A stretch of 60,624 nucleotides of DNA, counting the filler, from Hausera hauseri (Eukaryota): NCBI GenBank assembly GCA_046269625.1. It is 10 parts of 10 records of this genome, joined end to end, with 100 filler letters (N's around TTAATTAATTAA, not from the genome) between each part and the next. Parts side by side here need not be neighbours in the genome. Positions count along the whole stretch, not along the records: positions 32,349 to 42,944 come from JBJURY010166642.1; positions 43,045 to 52,499 come from JBJURY010373258.1; 8 more parts are not named here. One strand, written 5' to 3'. A program made the translations under genes and the position numbers. Below, one piece after another: positions 38,404 to 48,399 of the stretch (positions are counted from its first letter, which is position 1; every line of letters begins with the position of its first letter). A model generated the notes under the pieces. It was not told the origin of the DNA. It ran no database searches and worked only from the letters and a program-made list of their open reading frames with translations.

Positions 38404-40640
38404 TCAAAATTCATTGGACCTGGGTATTCTAGGTGAATAAATTATTCCCTGGTCGTCGACCGCTGAACAATGATATGAAACGGATGTTCTCCTTGTTTCG
38501 CGCACTTTACGCAATATAACGTAGTATTTCGTTCCCTCATATGGATCTTCCAGACTGAGCGGCTTCCTATAGATACCCGTTTGATATGAGCTCATAGACT
38601 CTTTCTCATAGTCTTCATATATAGGTGCAGTTGGGGGTAATATTGGCAAGGTTGGTTTTATAACTGAGTAGTTTTTGTTTCTATTTGTTCTCGTAACGGC
38701 GTCTCCTGCCTTAGGCTCGTCATTGTCAGAGTTATCTCTTCGTGTCTTGACATTTACGAATTTACGTCTGTAACTAAAAATGTGTCTCTTTTTACGTTTT
38801 CGATTATAATAGCCGACATGTCGCTCCACATCTGTCTTCCACCTACTTTCTTCGTAAGCCTTTAAAAATTTGTTGAAAGGTGTGATAATAGCCGTTAAAA
38901 TTTTGCATGCGAACTCTGTCAAGGTGAATATCTCATATTTATTTATAATCGCTCGAATTATCGCTTTAACCAGTTGAATTAAGAAATAGATTGCTAAGAA
39001 TCCGGATGTGGCTTTTCCGAATATCAGAAATCTTCCCCAAATTTTATACAGTATTTCCCATTTCGCTTGATAACGTAAATCCTCTAGTATTGTATGCATC
39101 GCTCTATTTAATTCATGCGTACGTTGACGTGGGAAAGCGAGAAATTGTCTAAATGCCTCTACTTCTTTTGGCCGGTAAATACATTTTGCTGCTGTGTCTT
39201 GAAACTTATCATCGGTTATTCCTTTTATTAGATTTGTTCCTGTTAACATAGTGGGCGGCGTAACTATTCCACAGTTCGGTAAACTTACCCAATCGATCTC
39301 GTTACGTTTAAACATTGGTTCTCCCAAACTGGTCATACAATTTTTCAGAACTGTCGGTTGGGTAGAGTTTGCCAGCAATACTCTCATAATTGGCGTCACT
39401 AATCTCGGTATGTCCCGATATATTAATGGAACTTCTTGAATGCACCTTTTCTCTTCCACATTAATAGGTACATCCTTCTTTTCGCACTCGTAGATCAGCA
39501 GAACTTTACCGGTCATTTGTCCAAAAACACTTTTTTTCATCGGAATTATTGGTGACGCTAACTCGGGATTGGCATATATTAAAGCTAGTTTGGTTCTCAT
39601 AACTTCTACGTTTAGTTTGCAGTCGTTTGTTATCATCTTGTGGTATAACTCAGTTATTCCGGCTTGTCCCTTGTAGTAAAAATAATCATCTCTATTTTTC
39701 AAATAATCTTCAATTAGAATATCTTGAGTTTCCTGCTTGAACGTTCTGATATTTATCTCGGTTTCTGCTACAAAGAATGCTTCATAATTGGTGGCGTAAA
39801 TTACTACGTCACACCTTGTGAAGACATCTTTCTTCACAAACTTCAACCCTTTGGTATCGGAAATTAATATTGTAGGTGTAGGCTGTTCCGCTACATTCTC
39901 TCGCATTTTTGAGTTCATCTCCGTATTACTAACGTAGTGTTTCCCTGTTGTTTTGTTAAATTTAAGTTCTTTAATTTTAATAAAATTGCAATCAGTCTTG
40001 GCTGGAGGTTCCCAGATTACTATTGAACTTCTAAAAACACAGGTGCCATCCTGGATGTGACACTTTTGGTTTCCCGTATAAAGCTATGAAACATCACCTT
40101 TTGTATGTGCATTTCGGTTTCGTAGAAATCCACAACCACTATGTTTGATTCCAATCCTTTTCCAGTATCGTATTCTGCACCATGGCAGTGACCAGTATTC
40201 ATATCTAATCTTCCTGCTGCTACTTTATATGTTCTGATTATCTTCCTTTGCTGCATTTCTAATTCCATGCCGTCCCATTTCAGCCTGCCTGTTTCTCTAG
40301 CTTGCTTACAATATTGGCGGTCCAAGTTCATTGGGATTAGTGGGGTCGTCGGCTTGATTATAGATGAATGCCCGTGTATTAACCACAATGGAAAATACTG
40401 CGAGATCGTCGCAACATGCATTCTATCCCATCCAATGCGACTAACTCTCGTTGCTGATAGAGGACATATCTTTTTTCTTTCGTTTCTAGTTTATGTGGTC
40501 TCGCATCTTTGCACATTTCCAAACCTATCAATGAATATTTCTGGCCAAGTCTGAATTTGTCGCAATCATATATGGTAACTGCTCCCATTTGCCTTATAGA
40601 CATCACCACAGTCAGGAAATTAATTAACCAGTTTGATTTG
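38404..40640 (-). pseudogene. Chuvirus-like (Jingchuvirales-type) envelope glycoprotein
   Basis: Signal WLINFLTVVMSIRQMGA then IYDC, YSL..LEMC, ECMLRRSRSIFHCG..GHSS, GHCHG, CHIQDGTC..IWE..DC, LYHKMITNDCKL...LALIYANP, GKVLLIYEC, CIQEVPL..VTPIMRVL, IY..EVEAFRQFLAFP, and a TM near 38945-39040. Motif order matches chuvirus glycoproteins as I recall them. Two internal 1-bp frameshifts. Confidence 0.75.
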
Positions 40641-40659
40641 TTTCCTCGATTACTTCCGG

Positions 40660-42944
40660 TTAAGTTTCGTACACGTCTTCGAATCTACTATTATTACTAA
40701 CAAACGGTCCGTTCTGTCGTCCTTCATCTCTTTCGAATAGTTTGGTCCAATCTACTTTCCGGGGTAATTTTCTAGCGGCCTTTCGCGCTAGACTAGTGGC
40801 CTTATTAAATTCATTTTCTCCGGCTTGGTTCGTTCTAATGGCCAAGTATAATAATACTTTCGGCAGTTCTTCTATGGTGTTCTATACCATAAATTTCTCG
40901 ATCACCAATTCATTGCTTAAGGTGCTTCTCGATAATTTGTTGCGGAAATTTTTCATTGTTCTGGCTGCATTCAATATAGATTTCTCCTTTTGGTCTAGTA
41001 TATCGCCATAGAGACTAGAGTGGTTTACTATACGTATCAAATTTTTCATGAGTTCATTTAACTCTTCGTTTTCCGTGTTGAAGGTTGGTATGGACATTTG
41101 CCATAATTCTCTAATTAGATCTCCATTATAGTCCATTTCTTCCCGTGTTTTTCGCGGTCTACCAACAGGATGCTTCTGTTTCGCTATTACCGATGCGGTT
41201 TCACTAGGTGGTACTAAATTCTTATCATACTGTTCTTTATCCTCATCTGTTTGTAAGTATTCAAAATACATTGCTGCGTCTCAAACGCCGATAATCCGTC
41301 CTACACACTGATCAATTTTGGCTTTTCTTGTGTCTTCTTCAACGTCCATTACCGGAAGTTTGGCGTAACAATGTTAATAACTGACATAATTCTTCGGCTA
41401 GAATCAGTCCTCTTTCTTGATAACTTGTTAGTTCATAGGCTACGTCTCTTTGCCATCTTTGCACAAACTGCGACTTGTCGGCTTTCTCCGCTTCCGTAAG
41501 AGCATATTTATTTCTATAGGTCTCGAGCTTGTTCAGTAAATCGTCTAGTCTTATTGCTCTCTGTTTGGTTTTAATTCAATTTTCTTCGATTTGGCGTATC
41601 TGAGGCAACAATTTTCTTATCTTCTCATCGTTAATTTCCTCCATTTCTACCATTAGATGCTCTAAGTCATACATTTCATTAATTTTTAAGTCCGAATCTA
41701 TTGCATCCGATAATTTTTTAGAAATCTAGCTTCTTCGACTCTGAGATGGTGGTCGTCTCTGATCTTTATAAGGTTGGTATGACATCTCTGGTCCGTTCCG
41801 ATCATAAATTCCTGTGGGTCGTGTAAAAATTTTATTGCCTATTCTATCGCTGATCGGTGCTCCGTACAAACGTCCAACGTTTCCAGATCTTGAATCGAGA
41901 TCCCTTTAATAGGTTTCGTTGTCAAGTGCTGAATTCCTTCTAGGCGGACGTTTCTTAGCCTCGGATAGAAGTTACAAGTCATTTTTCGCTTCTGTGTAAA
42001 GTCTATTTCTTCAATCATTTTGAATATATTTTTCAATATCGTCATCTCTTGTTTCCTTTTCATAAAGTTCAATTGACATAATGCATTAAATTGATTCCTA
42101 ATATCTACTTCCGCTCTCATTATATCCAGATTGCTTGCATTTTCTTCTAATTGTTTCTTTACTGTAGGCTCACTTTCTGGGAACTCTTTTATACGGTCTT
42201 CTACTAATTTGCTCAGTCTCGTTATTACCCGAGACCATTCGTCTAGCTGGTTGGCGATATTCGTCTTCGTTAATATTATTTTGTCTAGCATTTTATATGC
42301 GTCTTCTAATTCATCATCTGGGCCTTTGATGAAACTAATAATCCGGTATGCGTAGTTGAATTCATCCTTATATTCATCAATTTCAAGGGTACATGCCTTA
42401 ATTGTGTTTTATGTCTCGTCGTTGTCCAATTTCGTGATTATATTTCTCAAACTATATATCTGTGACTTTTTTTTATTTTCGATGTTAATACGATTTTCCA
42501 GACTTGTATATTGTTTTGATGCGGTGGAGGCAATTTTTATCATCTCCATTAATGGTGGGATATCTAGCGAACTTATACCCAACAATTCCAAATCCACTTG
42601 GTTTTGTTCCCCGACCGCTTTTTCTTTGAGCCTCCTAACCATTTCGAATCAGATTTCGTCAATAACGCGCTCCAAGTTACGTGTTACCCTTTTTAGTTTT
42701 GGATTAACTTCTAATGTATTTCATAATGCTTGGGCCTTTTTTATTCCTGCTTCTACACTCTCTGTATGTCTATCCCACGCTTCAGGGAATTTTACTCCAC
42801 TTTTTATCCATGCTTCTAATGCATGTTTCCGTTTTACTAGCGTTTCTGGAGGAATTTCCTCAGGTTGCCCTAGGTCTGTAGCTTCGCTCAGTTTTCCTTC
42901 ACTATATAATTTCATTTTCTTGTATAATCTTTCTATAAATTGTT
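40660..42944 (-). pseudogene. Long coiled-coil, charged ORF in the gag position; identity unknown
   Basis: ORF pieces starting at 42915, 42642, 42291, 41271 and 40845 all share one frame. Rich in E/K/L/I heptads, with no CCHC knuckle. Confidence 0.6.
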
Positions 42945-43450
42945 NNNNNNNNNNNNNNNNNNNNNNNNNNNNNNNNNNNNNNNNNNNNTTAATTAATTAA
43001 NNNNNNNNNNNNNNNNNNNNNNNNNNNNNNNNNNNNNNNNNNNNAACTTACAGTAAAACTGGAGAGATTAATGATCGATCAATATTTGGAATGTTTTGTA
43101 ATTGTCCTGCAGAATGTTAAAGCGCTACATTTGTTTCGTTTATTTAAACATCTAAGTCTATATAAGTTGGATTACCAGGTTTTTACAAATATAGTCTCTT
43201 CAAAATTTCACTTACCTGACAATTTCTTGAAAATATGACTTTATGAAAATAAAATATGTAACTTAGACTACAATCCCATGTAAATATTATGCAATAGCAT
43301 TGGCGGCTGAAGTGATTTGATATTGTATGATTGTGCGACTGACGGTATCAGTGATGTAATTACTCTAAACTCTGACTCTTTAAGGCTATTATACGGGATA
43401 ATATATAGTCGAGATGTTCACAAATTAACACGCGTGAAAATATAAAATTT

Positions 43451-43898
43451 AAATTTATATAACTATATATAAATATCTTTCTCGGGACAATAATGCTGCA
43501 GAATTTATTTAACGTTCTTTATTCAATGTTTTAATTAATCAATTTTAATATCTTCGTCAGAATTGACATTTCAACATCGGTCGGGCAGATATTTCGACAT
43601 AAACTAAACAATGTGTACTCATCTTTTTGATTCTCGCACACACAATATGTTGTACATTAATATATGTATGTACCAATTATCAATAGAAAAGTAATCTCAC
43701 AATTGAAAACGAGATTAAAAAAGATGAGTAGACATTGTTTAGTTCATGTAGAAATATGTGCCCGACTGATACTTAAATGTCAACTAGCTGACGAAGATCT
43801 TAATAAGATCAAAATATTAGAAAATTAAATAAAGAATGTTGAACAAATTCTGCAACATTATTGTCCTCAAAAAGGCATTTGTATATAGTTTATAACTT
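43451..43898. repeat. Long imperfect inverted repeat (foldback/MITE-like)
   Basis: Arms at about 43451-43636 and 43710-43898 are reverse complements (e.g. aactaaacaatgtgtactcatctttt vs aaaagatgagtagacattgtttagtt) around a loop of about 75 bp. Confidence 0.85.
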
Positions 43899-44494
43899 GA
43901 TATGTCTCTCCAAAAGAGTCCTACTGTAACTGAAATACCGGATGACAATTGTGATAGTAAGACGTCTATTTTTATACCGTCGACTCAAAATGTTTTTTTG
44001 AAACTATCAACTCTTAGAATTTTCAAATCAACCCTTAGGGTTGATATCAACCACTTCCGGAATTCTTAATATAAAGTATAAAAATTAAAGGTGTTCAATT
44101 TACCTTTTCATACTCAAAATGAAATTGTATATTTTACCTGAATTTTTAACGAAAAATATTCTAGAAGTTTCAAAAATATTTCACTGAATTTGAAGTATGA
44201 TAAATCAATAAAGTTTTTTTAGACAACAATTTGGATATTTTCCTCAAAGTTGCCCTTTAGGGGTCTGGGTATTTGTGCCGGCCTTACCACTGGCCCACCA
44301 CTTAAGAGCGATAAAACAATAAACCAAAAAGGATATGAGACAATGACAAGAAAAAACGAGATAATTGTCACAACTTTTATTGTTAACATAATCGCTGTTA
44401 ACCGAGTCAACCGAGGCATACAAGGCGTTCGTAAAGGATGATGCCAGGTAGTTTCGGAGACCGCGGCGTACACGGGTCGGAGCGTTGTCCGAAC

Positions 44495-45160
44495 TCAAGT
44501 CCGACGGTGCGTGTTTTCGTGGTGCCAGGTAATACATCGGCGACAAAGTAGTTTCGGTGCATTGCCTGGGCTCAAAGTCCTTTTAGGCATTCGTTGGTGA
44601 TCTTGTCGTGTCGGGCCTAACCCGCTCTCTGGTGGTGCCACGGATTCGTAGAGGCAGTCGGAGGCCGCCATCAATCTTAGGAAGACTGGCAGGAAAACCG
44701 ACGAGTCAAAAAGGCGTCGATTTTCCCAGTCCTCGTAGAACCGATGAAGCGTGGACGTCGGTAAGGTGTAGGGGTCGTATTGCCCTAGACGGGTCAAGTG
44801 CCATATAAAACGGCTCCGTTGTAGGAGCTCCCATACCGTTAGAAAGTCCGAATAAGACCGGTACGGGGTTCGCCTGTTTGTATCGCAACGGCATTTTCCG
44901 CAGGAGGCGGTATTACGTTTGGTAATGTGTCGCCGTTCATCTGGTCGACCCTGGTCCGGTGAAGCGGTGCGGCTGTCTGCGTTATTGTCTACCTTGGCAT
45001 GTACCGGTCGAGGTATATTGGGAATGCAGTACCCCGTAATCGGCATAGTCTTTTTGTCACTGAGGGTGGTGTTCGGTTGCGTTGCTGTGTCGGCCGGGAT
45101 GGCCTTTGTATCGTTCGGGGCGATTGGTTCGCTGGATTTTGTCGTTTTGGCTGAGCTCAA
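44495..45160 (-). CDS. Orphan ORF in a GC-rich island, probably of mobile-element origin
   Basis: 221-codon open frame with a disordered N-terminus and CGKCRC and CRRCITWHH motifs. Composition shifts sharply against the AT-rich flanks. Confidence 0.45.
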   Translation of the reverse strand: MSSAKTTKSSEPIAPNDTKAIPADTATQPNTTLSDKKTMPITGYCIPNIPRPVHAKVDNNADSRTASPDQGRPDERRHITKRNTASCGKCRCDTNRRTPYRSYSDFLTVWELLQRSRFIWHLTRLGQYDPYTLPTSTLHRFYEDWENRRLFDSSVFLPVFLRLMAASDCLYESVAPPESGLGPTRQDHQRMPKRTLSPGNAPKLLCRRCITWHHENTHRRT

Positions 45161-46413
45161 TTGCTCCGCAACATACTGGTTGGCCCTTTAATGCATCATT
45201 CCGTTATCGCTGGCCGGCTAGTCAGTCTTTTCTTGAGAGTAATTAATCCGTTCATTTTTCTTTTATTTTTTTTAATATAATGTGCAATCTTTAGACTGTG
45301 GATTTAAACAAACGGATTAAATCCACAGATCTTGATTGTCAATTTTTATTATTACAAGTGTTGGTTACTTCGGCACTTGTAATCCTGATTTATTTTATGA
45401 TTTAATTTTAGTATTTCATAATTTAATATTTTTTGTTTCCTTTTTTGTACATGAATCCGTGATTATTAATTATTTATTTTTGACAATTTATCTATTTTTC
45501 TGATTTTATTTTAAGTATTTTAATTTATTTACGTGCTTCTCTATTTTTGGTTTGTAAAATCAGACTTTGTGCTGACTAATTTTGAAAGTGTTTTAGTTAA
45601 CTTTTTTCTCCTTTGTAAGGTGGAACCTTACAAGACTCCCCCGCCTAAAATCAAATTGAAATCATCAGTTGATTTCAATTTTGAAGGTTTACGTAACTGG
45701 TTGGAACGTTCATAACTTTCTTCAAATTTAAAATTGTCAAATTTAATTTTGCCGCCATTAAATTCCCGAAAACATGTAAATGAATTTTAAAGTTTTATTG
45801 AATTTATGGAACCAAGATTTTGACGTATTTTGGTTCGCTCGTAAAATTTTCTTAACAATTGTGCAGTAAAAATAATAAAATTTGTCCAGTTGCACATTAA
45901 CCAATAAGTGTCAAGCTTATATTAATTTACTTAATGTGTGAAATATCGCTACGTTATTATGAAATAGAATTTTCTATTTAGGACTAATTAACTGCTGCAT
46001 TTCTGAGAAAAATGAAAAATTAAATTTCCGCATACACCTTTTGTTATTTGTTTAAATATTGCTTGTTTTGTTTACAATTTGTTTGCGTAAATATAAATTC
46101 TTCGTATACTATAATTCTCATATTTATGTAGATATTTAACGACAGATCGCAACGTTTTATTCTGCAACCTCTGTTACAGTAATTTGACAATTGACGACAG
46201 AGTTGTCGGTAGTGCAGTATCGTTGGCAAATCGATTGTGAAATATTTCCAAATTTGATTGATCAATTAGTATTTTGGGTACGTTTCTGGTAAGTACTAAT
46301 GAATTTTTCATTATACTTTTTATTATAGATGGAAAATATTTCTCCAAAATGGATTCGTCGACTAATAGCCACTCTGGTTTCTTTTAGTTTTTTATTTCAG
46401 TGTTTTCTTGCAG

Positions 46414-46670
46414 TTTATCAGTTTGGACTAGATTCCGTTATTAAAATGACCACAGTTCCTGAGGTGATTTTAGCAAAGGAATTGGGATCGTGTTATGGCG
46501 CAGTTGCAATGGTGATCGATCTCGATAGTTGGCATGAGGAAAACGATTCGTTTGACGTACACGATGCGTTGACTGTTGTTAAAATTAATTTGGAAATTCT
46601 CGAGAAAATTGATCTTGAAGTGGTTAAATTAATTAACGAAGAGAATTGGGCCGAGACAATTAAGAGTTAG
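46414..46670 (+). pseudogene. MTAP: S-methyl-5'-thioadenosine phosphorylase C-terminal exon (divergent or fragment)
   Basis: VIKMTTVPEVILAKELGSCYGAVAMVIDLDSWHEE...NWAETI matches MTAP. Upstream exons are not recognisable. Confidence 0.75.
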
Positions 46671-47276
46671 GATTTATTGATTTTCTCATTAATGATTTTA
46701 TAGAAATTTCTGTTTAGGGTGTTAGAATTGGCGAAAATTTGATGCCGTCCAGTTGTCTGTAAATGTTTGATTGAATTTCATTTTGCGGTTCAAAAACCTT
46801 TTATTAATAGGAATTATTTTTGTACAAAAAGCATTTACTATTTTCATTCTGTAACCAATTGTAAATATTTTGTTAATATGGAAACTTATAACGAGTAATA
46901 ATACCGTTAAAAGAATAAATCTGATTCTCTCTCAATCATCTGAAATATTTTCAATATTTAAAGCTACTATATGAAATAGTGGCTTAAATTTCCTCAGCCA
47001 CAAATCTGAAAAAAATTTAAAAAAATTTTTCAGTTTAATTGACATTTGTTGCATTGATTCATTTTTAAACATTCAGAGAAAATTCAAATTCAGTGATATC
47101 TGAAAGACATGGTAATGAGTTTGCATCAAAATTAAATGTTGCAACGCTCGTTAACAAATGGCAAAATATTATACGACTGGTCTTACGACTTATTTTGTTG
47201 AGCCTTTTGAATTTATTTTCAACCAAATTTTTCTGATGTTTTGTAACGTTAGTTTTTTTAATATTACTATATCAGT

Positions 47277-47365
47277 CACTATGCTTGTGAAGATGGGGAA
47301 ATTGAAATTATTCGAGAATTAATTGCACGATTTGGAGAACGGCTAAATGAATTGGTACTTAAAGC
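47277..47365 (+). pseudogene. Isolated ankyrin-repeat fragment
   Basis: HYACEDGEIEIIRELIARFG fits the ankyrin consensus. Confidence 0.5.
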
Positions 47366-48265
47366 GTAAAATTATTTTTCTATTTATCAATTTTAATTTT
47401 GTGTTGTTTGTTTTCAATTCTATACATTAAAATTAACAAAACTCCAATTTATTTTGTACATGAATTTTAGAAATTTACACTTAAATCTAAACATCTTAAA
47501 ATCCTTAACATGAATATTTCAAATTTAAAGAAACTGTTTAATACGCGAGAAATGAATAATGCACTATATACGTAAATTAAGTCTGAAACTTACAAAATCG
47601 ATTTTATAACTTTCACTAATTATTTGCCACCAATTTCAAAGGATTTTATTTCTTTGGTTATTATTCGGTGTTTCATTTTGCTTCGTGTTGTAAATCTAAC
47701 CATTTTTAATTGCTAGTAATCTGCTTAAGTAATTTTTCGTAAATAATTTCACTGGCTTTGATTTCGATTTGCGTAAGGATTTCAGCAGTGTTTTCTGTAA
47801 TTTCATATCTTTGAGTGTTACTTTTTTCGTGATTTTTAATTTTAAGTTTTTTGTTGTTGGTTAATGAATGGATACGACACTTCGCATTCCTAATGTCAGA
47901 TTCCCTGATAAATTTGTGTATTTACTGATATTATTCAATAATTGACATTATGTACCACATCTGTACAATAGTTTTGCAGGTTATATGAACTGTCTTTCCT
48001 GACGAAAAGACGGATTTATTTTTTATAAAAGATGTTTAAGAAATGTTATTTCCTAAAATCAAATGACCAAAGTATTAAAGATTCTTAAGTTTTGGATTCG
48101 TTTTTTTATTTTTCAGGGGTTTCAATTTAGTTTTCTGTTAAAATTGTAGAATAATAATCAGGAATATTATTAGGAAATTTATTAGACTTTAACATTTTGT
48201 CAATATTCGGTAATATTTCGATAGTGTTATGAGGATTGGTGTTTACCGATTTGATACTTTCAAAT

Positions 48266-48397
48266 TGTATTTCGCGTTGCCTGGTTGCATGCAGCGTACT
48301 CGTTGTTTATTAAAGATGGCATGAGTGAGTGTCGGTTTTGGCACTGGGTTTGATCTCCATCTGTTTTGGTGCGGCGTTTACGCTGTGTAACCACACA
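48266..48397 (-). repeat. Putative short 3' LTR of the contig H element
   Basis: On the minus strand it starts TGTGTGG after an A-rich purine run, contains AATAAA and ends TACA. Single copy only. Confidence 0.45.
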
Positions 48398-48399
48398 TT

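Larger units (their letters stand above)
32349..42944 (-). mobile_element. Large Ty3/gypsy element with a viral-type glycoprotein and extra membrane/secreted ORFs (LTRs outside the contig)
   Basis: All coding is on the minus strand, in the order coiled-coil ORF, glycoprotein, PR, RT, RH, IN, type I membrane protein, signal-peptide ORF. RT motifs RFCIDYRALN, LQSGYWQV, MPFG and YLDD are gypsy-type, not BEL/Pao. Confidence 0.85.

Noticed and set aside
38404-42944. Complete endogenous chuvirus genome
   Set aside because: No L/RdRp motifs and no recognisable nucleoprotein. The glycoprotein runs directly into retrotransposon protease.
42356-43000. Plus-strand 214-aa hydrophobic ORF
   Set aside because: Antisense shadow of the E/K-rich minus-strand ORF; it runs into the linker.
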